Origin: a virus
IMG/VR virus record: IMGVR_UViG_3300007345_000001
Length of the DNA: 64,000 nt
Reading direction: 5' to 3' (one strand)
The notes under the pieces were generated by a model that was not told the origin of the DNA, ran no database searches, and saw nothing but the letters and a program-made list of their open reading frames with translations. A program made the position numbers and the translations under genes. Positions 17,727 to 25,658 of this stretch are shown here, piece after piece (within the stretch, counting starts at the first letter, position 1; every line of letters begins with the position of its first letter).

Positions 17727-18552
17727 AAAGCAGAGAACTAAAACTCTTGTAACTAAAGACAATAACAATAGTGCTAACTGCATTGCTCCTAACCTAATTT
17801 ATGGTTGCTTTGGAGGATGTGTTAGCACTTATTGTTATATGTCCAGGTATAATGACAAGAGAGTTTACGTGAATACAAACGTAGATGATATATTTCAGTC
17901 TGTTGTTGAATGGGAAAAGACCTTTGTTAAAGTACCAGATCAACAAGACCCTATATATACTATGGTAGATATTGCATGTAACACTGATTTAGTCTTAATG
18001 CAGAAACATTTACCAGAACCATTGATAGATTATCTTAAAAGGTATGATGATCACCCCCAACTTAATAGTACTATGGCTACTAAGTATCCAGGATTACTAA
18101 CGTTAGACGTCAGTAGTTTTAATAAGAAACCTAGAGTACGTGTAAGCCTTATGCCTCAAAAGTATTCTGATGTACTTGAACCTAAGATGTCAAGTATCTT
18201 AAGCAGAATACATGACATTAACCGGCTTAAAGCATTGGGTTGGGAAGTACATTGTAATTACAGTCCTCTGATCTTTTATCCAGGATGGAAAGAAGAATAT
18301 GATAATCTATTTAAACAAGTCAAAGAGATAGCCGGTGAGAATAAGTGTGAAGTTATTGCACTCACTAATCATAGATTTCAAATGGTTAGATCATCAGCTG
18401 AAGCTCAGGAACTTATGAAATATAGTTCAGAAGTAAAGAACAAAAGTGGTGTAATGAGATATCCTTTGAGCCACAAATCAAGATTACTTTCTGAATTTAA
18501 GTCTATTTATAGTAAATATTTTAGTCTTAATACAATCAGATATATCTTTTAA
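17719..18552 (+). CDS. Spore-photoproduct-lyase-like (radical-SAM DNA repair-type) protein with an atypical Cys cluster
   Basis: YGCFGGCVSTYCY resembles the SPL/COG1533 block GCxxxCxYCY but has CX3CX4C spacing. Downstream blocks are RVYVNTN, TKYP, RVSLMPQ..S..LEP, RI..I..L...GWEV..NYSPLI.YPGW..EY. Confidence 0.45.
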   Translation: MIKKQRTKTLVTKDNNNSANCIAPNLIYGCFGGCVSTYCYMSRYNDKRVYVNTNVDDIFQSVVEWEKTFVKVPDQQDPIYTMVDIACNTDLVLMQKHLPEPLIDYLKRYDDHPQLNSTMATKYPGLLTLDVSSFNKKPRVRVSLMPQKYSDVLEPKMSSILSRIHDINRLKALGWEVHCNYSPLIFYPGWKEEYDNLFKQVKEIAGENKCEVIALTNHRFQMVRSSAEAQELMKYSSEVKNKSGVMRYPLSHKSRLLSEFKSIYSKYFSLNTIRYIF

Positions 18553-18602
18553 TTTGGTTTCTTAAGTTAGATTAATTATATTTACACTTATAAAATTTAC
18601 AT

Positions 18603-19463
18603 ATGCCAAAGTTAATTAAAGAGTCTACAAGACACTATTTGGAGAATGCTCCACTACCGTCTCATGGAGATACATACACTGTAATTCCACACAGAGATGT
18701 TATAGAAAATACACTTAACATGCTGAATGCCAGCGGTTTTAAAGTACAAAGAGAACTTTATAGAGCTAACGTTAATGCTAATGTAGCTCAGGGTGTTTAT
18801 CACATTACGCCAAGTAATCCTATTGATGATAAGATTAGAACAGAATCAGAATTAGGGATGATGTTTGCTTGGACCAACTCATATGACAAGAGTACACGTT
18901 TTCAGTGTGCTATTGGTGGATACGTAATGGTTTGTTATAATGGTATGGTAGCAGGTGATATGATGTCATTTGCTAGAAAACACACTGGTTCTGCAGATTA
19001 TGAGATTAGAATGCAAATTTCTAATCAGATTAAAAATGCTGAAAAGTATTATAAAAGAATCATTGATGATAGAGACAATCTTAGAAAGGTTGATCTTACA
19101 ATGAAAGAACAGGCTGAGCTTCTTGGTAGATTATATGCACAAGAAGAAATCCTTGATGTATCACAACTTGTTACTGTAAAAGAAGAAATGATTAAACCTT
19201 CTTATGACTATCAGGCTGATCAGGAGAACGCTTGGGCTTTTTATAATCATGTTACACATGCACTTAAGAAATCACATCCAAGATCATGGTTAAGTGACTC
19301 TCAGAAGTTTCATGAGTTTATTGTAGGAGACTTGCTCGGTCAAATGGGTATTGCAACAAAAGATAATACAGAAGAGGTAGAAGAAGAAACACCAGAAAAT
19401 CAATTAGACTTATTTGATAAAGAAGTAGAGGTTGTTGAATCTGATTATACCTTTACTATATGA
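18603..19463 (+). CDS. Hypothetical protein, possibly DUF932-like (phage/plasmid family)
   Basis: The assignment rests only on overall length and N-terminal flavour (HGDTYTVIPHRDVIE...) and is weak. Confidence 0.3.
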   Translation: MPKLIKESTRHYLENAPLPSHGDTYTVIPHRDVIENTLNMLNASGFKVQRELYRANVNANVAQGVYHITPSNPIDDKIRTESELGMMFAWTNSYDKSTRFQCAIGGYVMVCYNGMVAGDMMSFARKHTGSADYEIRMQISNQIKNAEKYYKRIIDDRDNLRKVDLTMKEQAELLGRLYAQEEILDVSQLVTVKEEMIKPSYDYQADQENAWAFYNHVTHALKKSHPRSWLSDSQKFHEFIVGDLLGQMGIATKDNTEEVEEETPENQLDLFDKEVEVVESDYTFTI

Positions 19464-19816
19464 GCTCTATAGAGTTTAGAAATAACAATAAAAACTTATT
19501 ACAGTCTCTAAAGAAAAAACTTGAGTCAAAGGGTATTAGTATCACAGCAGATTTCTCAGATACTAATATCCCTTACTTGGGTTCTTCTATGATAAATGGC
19601 AAAGAAGGTCATTACATTAAGTTAGATCAACGTACATTCCTGTCACAGGAACAGACAGATCTTATTAATGAAGTATTTCCTCTAAAGATTTATAAAGATA
19701 ATGATGTATATAGTGCTGAATTATTATCCATTTCAGATTATGACTGGGATGATGATAGAGATTGGCCGCCATCTATATCATTTTTATTTGTTAAGAATGG
19801 GAGACCTATGATATGA
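19460..19816 (+). CDS. Hypothetical protein (118 aa)
   Basis: ATGA overlap with the upstream gene. Confidence 0.55.
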   Translation: MSSIEFRNNNKNLLQSLKKKLESKGISITADFSDTNIPYLGSSMINGKEGHYIKLDQRTFLSQEQTDLINEVFPLKIYKDNDVYSAELLSISDYDWDDDRDWPPSISFLFVKNGRPMI

Positions 19817-19899
19817 GTTGGTTTTTAGAAATGATATTAACCATACTCTGGATTATTATAGGTATTACTATATTTGGAGGTAGAAGTAAACGTAGATAG
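19813..19899 (+). CDS. Micro-ORF encoding a 28-aa single-pass membrane peptide
   Basis: It translates to MSWFLEMILTILWIIIGITIFGGRSKRR. Its ATG forms an ATGA overlap with the stop of 19460-19816. Confidence 0.3.
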   Translation: MSWFLEMILTILWIIIGITIFGGRSKRR

Positions 19900-19903
19900 T
19901 ATA

Positions 19904-19955
19904 AGGAAGGGAACCAATGCCACCGGTTTCTTGCATTTTCTGGTGGTCCCTTCCT
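19904..19955 (+). other. GC-rich bulged stem-loop in an intergenic region (terminator-like but lacking a T tract)
   Basis: AGGAAGGGA (19904-19912) pairs with TCCCTTCCT (19947-19955). CCACCGG (19920-19926) pairs with CTGGTGG (19940-19946). There is a 7-nt bulge and a 13-nt loop. Confidence 0.45.
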
Positions 19956-19974
19956 CTTACTTAAAAAATAACTT

Positions 19975-20160
19975 ATGACAGAAGAAAAACAACAAGCAGT
20001 TGAAATACTAAATAACCATGGAGCTATAGATGGACAAAAACATCTAACACAGCTAATATATTTTGCAGAAAATATAGAATCTAAAATACTACTTAGATAT
20101 TGGAAGGCCGTCAACATTCAATTTAATAGAATTATCAATGGAAAAAGACAAATGGAATAA
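19975..20160 (+). CDS. Hypothetical small protein (61 aa)
   Basis: An ORF lies opposite on the minus strand (19806-20117). The plus orientation is preferred because it fits the gene array. Confidence 0.4.
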   Translation: MTEEKQQAVEILNNHGAIDGQKHLTQLIYFAENIESKILLRYWKAVNIQFNRIINGKRQME

Positions 20161-20247
20161 ATGCACTATGTGTAAAGAGCCTATTCCACCTGGTTTAAGA
20201 ATGACTAAGGTTTGCCCTAAATGTTTAATTAAAAGACCAATTAAAAA

Positions 20248-20625
20248 ATGAATATAGCACTAATAGCACATGATAACAAAAAAGCAGATATGGTTGCTTT
20301 TGTATCAAAGAGACTTTCTTTCTTTAATAGGGAAGGTATAAATATCATTTGTACTGGAACTACCGGAAGACATGTAACACACGCAGGTATAAACAATGTA
20401 AGAGGTGTGGAGTCAGGACCGCTTGGTGGAGATGCACAAATAGCATCATTAGTTACTGAAGGTGAAATTGATCTTGTTATCTTTATGAGAGACCCATTAG
20501 ATAAACACCCGCATGATGTTGATATTAGTATGTTAATGAGATTGTGTGATGTATATAATGTACCTCTTGCAACAAATTATAGAACGGCCAGTTACCTGGT
20601 AAAGTATTTAAAAACTAAAATATGA
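20248..20625 (+). CDS. mgsA: Methylglyoxal synthase
   Basis: It is collinear with bacterial MgsA over its full length: IALIAHDNKK, CTGTTG, SGPLGGDAQIASLVTEGEIDLVIFMRDPL, HPHDVDISMLMRLCDVYNVPLATN. All the conserved blocks I recall as catalytic are present. Confidence 0.85.
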   Translation: MNIALIAHDNKKADMVAFVSKRLSFFNREGINIICTGTTGRHVTHAGINNVRGVESGPLGGDAQIASLVTEGEIDLVIFMRDPLDKHPHDVDISMLMRLCDVYNVPLATNYRTASYLVKYLKTKI

Positions 20626-20939
20626 CAGAACAGGAAATACATAAACTTATGGAGGTCCAATATTTAAAGGGCCGGATTGATGAGCTGCATAAAGCTTTTC
20701 CCACTATCACTAATATAGATAGAAGTAGAAAGATTGACGCACGTCTCACTAAATATTATGAGAAGTTGAAAAACACTTCAGAAGAAGCTTACCATCTTTA
20801 CCAGGTAGAAAGAGTTAATTATCAAATCTCAAAGCAAAAGTCTAAGACGTTCATGAAAGAACTACTTGAAGAGCTGGTCCTATATGTACAGGATGAGGAG
20901 CTTTTACAGAAACTCTCTAAACAAATAAATAAATATTAA
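20622..20939 (+). CDS. Hypothetical coiled-coil protein (105 aa)
   Basis: ATGA overlap with mgsA. Confidence 0.55.
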   Translation: MTEQEIHKLMEVQYLKGRIDELHKAFPTITNIDRSRKIDARLTKYYEKLKNTSEEAYHLYQVERVNYQISKQKSKTFMKELLEELVLYVQDEELLQKLSKQINKY

Positions 20940-20940
20940 T

Positions 20941-21345
20941 ATGAGTAAAGTAGAACCATTTGGTCATCCATTAAGTGACCTACAAGAAGATCCAGCAGCT
21001 GAGTACGGAATACACAGCCCTGTTTCTATTTGTGAGAGCAAGTATCCCGTAACAACTACAGAGTTTAAAAAGATTCAGCAGGAACAGTATGAGCTATTCT
21101 GCAGAAAGCAATTAGATTACGGACCAGAGAATATAACTCTTGGTAAAGGAACAGAAAAACCAGAGAACCGTCAGTTGAGTCTAATGGGATTATGGTTTAG
21201 AATGAATGACAAGATCCAACGCATCTTGAATATCGTCAACAACCAAGTTGAGCCCAACAATGAGAGTCTTGAAGATTCGTGGACTGATCTGTCTAACTAT
21301 TCAATCATCTCTATGCTAGTTCACCGTAATAAATGGGGAAAGTAA
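20941..21345 (+). CDS. DUF1599-like (nucleotide-modification-associated, MazG-fold-like) protein
   Basis: KQLDYGPENI, RMNDKIQRI and NESLEDSWTDLSNYSII match the remembered DUF1599 pattern K..DYG...R..DK..RI...E...D...D..NY.II. Confidence 0.5.
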   Translation: MSKVEPFGHPLSDLQEDPAAEYGIHSPVSICESKYPVTTTEFKKIQQEQYELFCRKQLDYGPENITLGKGTEKPENRQLSLMGLWFRMNDKIQRILNIVNNQVEPNNESLEDSWTDLSNYSIISMLVHRNKWGK

Positions 21346-21543
21346 TTAGTTATTTAATTTCTCTCTAGATGCAACTAGTCTTTCATAGTGGTCCTTTGAG
21401 ATTGTAGTTCTCGTTACAATAACTACTTTGTCTTCATAGATGATAGCTTCTCTTGTTGTTTTCGGTGTCTCAGAAATTAACTCTTGTGTAGGACCACAAG
21501 ACGCAAAAGTTAATAACATCACCATTATTACTAGATTCTTCAT
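21346..21543 (-). CDS. Small lipoprotein (65 aa)
   Basis: The signal peptide plus lipobox reads MKNLVIMVMLLTFAS-C. Its stop abuts the convergent stop of 20941-21345. Confidence 0.6.
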   Translation of the reverse strand: MKNLVIMVMLLTFASCGPTQELISETPKTTREAIIYEDKVVIVTRTTISKDHYERLVASREKLNN

Positions 21544-21600
21544 AATGTTAAATGAATGTTACTATACTATAAAGGTACGGTAAATAAATAAGAAATCAAA

Positions 21601-21750
21601 ATGAAAATAGAAATCTACAGCATGGACCGCTGGTATATAACACCAGCATTAGTACATTATAATGACTTTGACTGGCATGGATATACTAGTATAGACCTTG
21701 TTTGGTTAAAGTGGGGTGTGGGTTTTATATGGAATAAAAAAGGGGAGTAA
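21601..21750 (+). CDS. Small Trp-rich ORF (49 aa), not in the supplied track
   Basis: It translates to MKIEIYSMDRWYITPALVHYNDFDWHGYTSIDLVWLKWGVGFIWNKKGE. It shows weak resemblance to the small ORF at 27106-27252. Confidence 0.3.
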   Translation: MKIEIYSMDRWYITPALVHYNDFDWHGYTSIDLVWLKWGVGFIWNKKGE

Positions 21751-21764
21751 TTACACTCCCCTTT
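21733..21764 (-). terminator. Terminator hairpin ending the minus-strand fibre operon (possibly bidirectional)
   Basis: A perfect 10-bp stem, AAAGGGGAGT / ACTCCCCTTT, with a 6-nt loop. On the minus strand it is followed by TTTATT. It sits 12 nt past the stop of 21776-22087. Confidence 0.65.
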
Positions 21765-21775
21765 AAAACTAGAAA

Positions 21776-22087
21776 TTATCCTTTCTTCCATTTAGTACTC
21801 TTAGACTTTGTTTTGCTAGGAGACCATTTTACTTTATCTGCCCAATAAGCAGCAGACATCTTACCTCTTTTAATATTCTTAGCATGTCTGCTTTTAAAAG
21901 CCTTGCGTTGTCCTACAGTTTGATTTGTTTTAACACCCTGTTGTCCAAAGCGGATAGTCTTAACTTTATCACCTTCTTTAGCCACAACAATATGTGACTT
22001 AGTAGGATGAGAGGGAGTTCTCTTGGGTTTATTATACCCAGAGACCCCCGCTCTTGTTAATCTACTATCTTTCTTTTTAGTTGTCAT
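21776..22087 (-). CDS. Small highly basic protein (103 aa)
   Basis: It is very rich in K and R throughout. It is the last gene of the fibre operon. Confidence 0.6.
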   Translation of the reverse strand: MTTKKKDSRLTRAGVSGYNKPKRTPSHPTKSHIVVAKEGDKVKTIRFGQQGVKTNQTVGQRKAFKSRHAKNIKRGKMSAAYWADKVKWSPSKTKSKSTKWKKG

Positions 22088-22090
22088 CTA

Positions 22091-25000
22091 TTAATTTCTT
22101 ATAGGAAGTACTTGAATTCTGTCATTACTAGTTCCACTACATTCTGATTCAATAACTGTTAATTGACCGTTTTGAATAGTTAAACTTGTATCTCCTTGTA
22201 TTTGTATTTCAATAGTCTGACCTGGAGCACAATTAGCTACAGCATAAGTCCAAGTATGACTTGAAGCTAATTCACTTACAAAATAATTTGAATCATCAAA
22301 TTGCCATAAATCAATTGGAGTAGTTTGTGAATCTGCAACAACTTTTACATTAAACCCTTTTACGCCAGTTGTACCTAAAGATGTCAGTTCAAGAGTCCAT
22401 GTTAATGCATATTGCATTGTTTTTCCAGAATTATTTGAGAATCCCATTGGGAATCCTAGAGTTGCCTGACCTACAACTTGCCATTGTGATTGCAACTGTT
22501 GAGCAGACTGAATACCAATACCACTAATACATGCAATATCTGATGTTGGTAATGTTACTGTCTTAGTATTAACTTCTTCAACGTGACCAGTTGCATTAGT
22601 TGTTATGGTATCAATAACAGTGAATGAATCTCCGTGTGATGGTGAGGCCGCAGAAATATTATCAGTTCTATTTGTAGCATCATGATTTACAGTACCACCT
22701 GTTTCAGTTAAGTAAGTACCAAATGTAAAACTACTACTACCACTGGCAGCATCAATTGTAATTTCATTAGCACCATTATCAGTTAATGTAATATTAGTAC
22801 CTGCAACAAATTTAATATTATCTGAAGTAGCATCTGAGCCAGTCAATCTAATATTAACATCAGCTGCGTCTTGATTAGATCCTAAATCATAAGTAGTATT
22901 TGTATCATCTAATAATGTTGCAAGACTAACTGATCCATTAAATCCATTTCCAACAGAAGTAAATTCAAGATCTGTTCCGTTAAGCACAACTGCACTTACA
23001 TAATCAATATCATTAGGGAAAGTAAGTGCATCAATATAAGCCCAAATACCACCACTATTAACCAAAGCCTGACTGTTTTGTGAAGGCTGATTATTTAGAA
23101 TAGGTGAAATTGTTGTAATACCTGTTTGCGTATCATATGATGAGCTAAGAGCCTGTCCGTCTCCTAGTACTTGTTGTACAGGAGCAATATCTAATGCAGC
23201 AATGCCAGTACCATTGTTATTTTCATCTATATAAATAAGATTACCTCCACTAAATTGTAATGATGTGAGTGTTTCTGTACTTGCTAAAGCAGCAAGGTTA
23301 ATACTACCATTAAATGCACCACCAGTTCCTGTAAAGTCAAGAACACTTGTGTTACTATCAAATGTTACATTAGAAACAAAATCATTACCGTCAGCACCTG
23401 CACCAACAGTCCATGGCACATTTACTACTAATTGTTGCTGAGCATTAAACTGTACACCATATGTTCTGTCTGCTGTATCAGTAACAGGATTTGCAGGTGT
23501 AGGTTGAACTACATCACTAAATAATTTACCAGTACCTGTTACACTTGCTGACATAACAGGAGCACTAGTACCACCAGAAAGAGAAGATAAATCAACTGTA
23601 TTTGTTGTTACACCATCTGCTCCAACAATAGAAAGATCTGAACCTTGTAAATCAAGGACTTGTAGTCCTAATCCACTTATAACATGAACATTACCATTTT
23701 CATCTGTATATGTTAATTCATCTGTACCACTAACACTATCTCCAACATAAGTTAAAGTTGTGAGAGTTTCTGATAAACCTAAAGAACTTAAATCAACAGA
23801 ACCACTAAAGCCACCAAATGAACCAGCTGTACTTGTAAATGAAAGATTAGTTCCATTTAATGAAACATTAGTGAGACCTAACCAATCAGGCATTCTTAAT
23901 TGCTCTGCCCAGTAATTAGTTATATGACCAAAAGCATCAAATGTAATATTAGAACCTACAAGTTTACGTGGTAAATTCTGTCCGTAACCCATTGTTATAG
24001 TTGAAGGGTTATGTATATTGCGATTAACTGCATCATGATTAATAACACCATTTGATACAGTAATTACATCACCACCCGTTAAAGCAGCACCACCTCCAGC
24101 AATACTTGAAAGATCAACACTACCACCAAATCCATTACCTACACCATTAAAATCTAGTGATGTTCCATTTAAAGCTACAGTTTGTACATAGTCTCTTTGA
24201 TCATCAACATATTGACTGATCGCTCTTGCAGTTAATAAGGTTTCATCAAAATCAACAACATTAGCAATATCATTAACAATAGATGTAACTTGATAAGGAC
24301 CAGGGACACCTTTTAATGTCAAGAAATTTGTTGTTACACTATTAACATCAATATCATCATCTAAGTTAATTATAACTTTTTCTTGCCCATCAGTATCTGT
24401 ATTAATATTTGAACCTCCCACAATATGTAGAGCTTCAGAATTTAAAAGAATATCTAAAGGAGCACCTGAATCAGCAACAACATCTAGGTCCATTTGATCA
24501 GACCAGTCAATAATAGCTGCTACAGTTGCTAATGAGTTATCATTATCTTGAGAAGCTAAACCTTCAGCTTCATTAACTACATTAACTAAGCTTTCACCAT
24601 CTTGATGAATTGCTCCATTAATAAAGATATCTTCTGTACGGATATTATCACCAAACGTTGACCATAAACCTTGAGCTACATCCCACGCCCAAGTCTTAGT
24701 ACCACTGGGTTGAATCACTTCAATACCAGCATCAACTCCAGCACCACCAGAGTTAATACGCATAATGTTATCTGCTACTTCTACAATAGTTGATTCAACA
24801 ATTGTTTGTGTACCCAATACTAAAAGGTCTCCTTCTAATACAGTATTACCGGTAACTCTAAAGTCACCACTAACTAAACCTTCTGTTGCTCCTGGATCTT
24901 GACTGAAGATAGAATCAACAATAGTTTGTACATTACAATTATCTTTATTTACTGTAGACCACATTGGTAATGTGTGCTCAGTACCAGTACCTTCTACTAA

Positions 25001-25189
25001 ACCAGAAATGATCTGACATTTTAAGTCATCAAATCTAATAGCATGAGGTGTCATTTTAGGTGTGTAAAGTGGATTACCTACACTACTTTTTCTTGTTCTA
25101 CCAAACTCAAACCAGTCTTTTTTGAGTTCTAGCGTTTTCTTGTGCTCCTTTCTTTCAAGGATATTCAAGATTTCTTGTATAAGGTTCAT
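22091..25189 (-). CDS. Tail fibre / receptor-binding protein (1032 aa) with internal repeats
   Basis: The composition is Gly/Ser/Thr/Asn-rich. A fibre-type block is VADNIMRINSGGAGVDAGIEV...WAWD. It has five LNGTxLxF...GSVDLSSL repeats and shares an N-terminal module with the two upstream genes. Confidence 0.7.
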   Translation of the reverse strand: MNLIQEILNILERKEHKKTLELKKDWFEFGRTRKSSVGNPLYTPKMTPHAIRFDDLKCQIISGLVEGTGTEHTLPMWSTVNKDNCNVQTIVDSIFSQDPGATEGLVSGDFRVTGNTVLEGDLLVLGTQTIVESTIVEVADNIMRINSGGAGVDAGIEVIQPSGTKTWAWDVAQGLWSTFGDNIRTEDIFINGAIHQDGESLVNVVNEAEGLASQDNDNSLATVAAIIDWSDQMDLDVVADSGAPLDILLNSEALHIVGGSNINTDTDGQEKVIINLDDDIDVNSVTTNFLTLKGVPGPYQVTSIVNDIANVVDFDETLLTARAISQYVDDQRDYVQTVALNGTSLDFNGVGNGFGGSVDLSSIAGGGAALTGGDVITVSNGVINHDAVNRNIHNPSTITMGYGQNLPRKLVGSNITFDAFGHITNYWAEQLRMPDWLGLTNVSLNGTNLSFTSTAGSFGGFSGSVDLSSLGLSETLTTLTYVGDSVSGTDELTYTDENGNVHVISGLGLQVLDLQGSDLSIVGADGVTTNTVDLSSLSGGTSAPVMSASVTGTGKLFSDVVQPTPANPVTDTADRTYGVQFNAQQQLVVNVPWTVGAGADGNDFVSNVTFDSNTSVLDFTGTGGAFNGSINLAALASTETLTSLQFSGGNLIYIDENNNGTGIAALDIAPVQQVLGDGQALSSSYDTQTGITTISPILNNQPSQNSQALVNSGGIWAYIDALTFPNDIDYVSAVVLNGTDLEFTSVGNGFNGSVSLATLLDDTNTTYDLGSNQDAADVNIRLTGSDATSDNIKFVAGTNITLTDNGANEITIDAASGSSSFTFGTYLTETGGTVNHDATNRTDNISAASPSHGDSFTVIDTITTNATGHVEEVNTKTVTLPTSDIACISGIGIQSAQQLQSQWQVVGQATLGFPMGFSNNSGKTMQYALTWTLELTSLGTTGVKGFNVKVVADSQTTPIDLWQFDDSNYFVSELASSHTWTYAVANCAPGQTIEIQIQGDTSLTIQNGQLTVIESECSGTSNDRIQVLPIRN
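22913..24187 (-). repeat. Intragenic coding repeats (about 30 aa units) in the fibre gene
   Basis: Copies are at 24101-24187, 23780-23875, 23285-23380 and 22913-23002, plus a partial copy near aa 510-540. The consensus is [VL]xLNGTxLxFTxxGxxFxGSVxLxxL. Confidence 0.8.
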
Positions 25190-25207
25190 AATTATCTAGT
25201 TTTAATT

Positions 25208-25450
25208 TTATCTTTTTTTATTTTTATGTAAACCATGACTAGCATGTTGTTTACCTTTTTTAGTTGCATCTCTTTTTTTCTTATTAGCTGCAGCTAGTTT
25301 TGCTCTACCTTTTTTAGTACTCTTAAGTTTAGATATAGTTCTTGATGGAGCATATACTTCACCTGTTTCTGATGACTTTTTACCAGATGGTGTTCTCCAT
25401 TTCTGTTTTGTCCATCTATCTAAACTTTTTTGTCTCTTGGTTTTGGCCAT
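25208..25450 (-). CDS. Small lysine-rich protein (80 aa)
   Basis: It translates to MAKTKRQKSLDRWTKQKWRTPSGKK...KKRDATKKGKQ. About one third of residues are K or R. Confidence 0.6.
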   Translation of the reverse strand: MAKTKRQKSLDRWTKQKWRTPSGKKSSETGEVYAPSRTISKLKSTKKGRAKLAAANKKKRDATKKGKQHASHGLHKNKKR

Positions 25451-25656
25451 TACTTTTTAGTTTTATAACCACCACCTTTTGCTTTGTACTGTTTAGCAAG
25501 CATTTGGGCTTTACGTGCTGACCACTGACCAGCGCGCCCACCTTTACTACCAGCTTTAATTTTTTCAAACAAAGCTTTACGCATTCCAGGTTTTGTATAA
25601 TTCCCAGATGCGTTAACAGTACTTTTTTTCTTTGTTGCCTTCTTTTTTAATGCCAT
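25450..25656 (-). CDS. Small lysine-rich protein (68 aa)
   Basis: It contains KKKATKKK...GGRAGQWSARKAQMLAKQYKAKGGGYKTKK. It forms a TAATG junction with the downstream gene. Confidence 0.6.
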   Translation of the reverse strand: MALKKKATKKKSTVNASGNYTKPGMRKALFEKIKAGSKGGRAGQWSARKAQMLAKQYKAKGGGYKTKK

Positions 25657-25658
25657 AA

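Noticed and set aside
20161-20251. The 27-aa ORF MCKEPIPPGLRMTKVCPKCLIKRPIKK could be a zinc-ribbon mini-protein gene.
   Set aside because: It has only three Cys residues (one CPKC pair plus a lone N-terminal Cys), and it is very short with no supporting conservation data. It is mentioned under the mgsA finding because of the ATGA coupling but is not listed as a feature.
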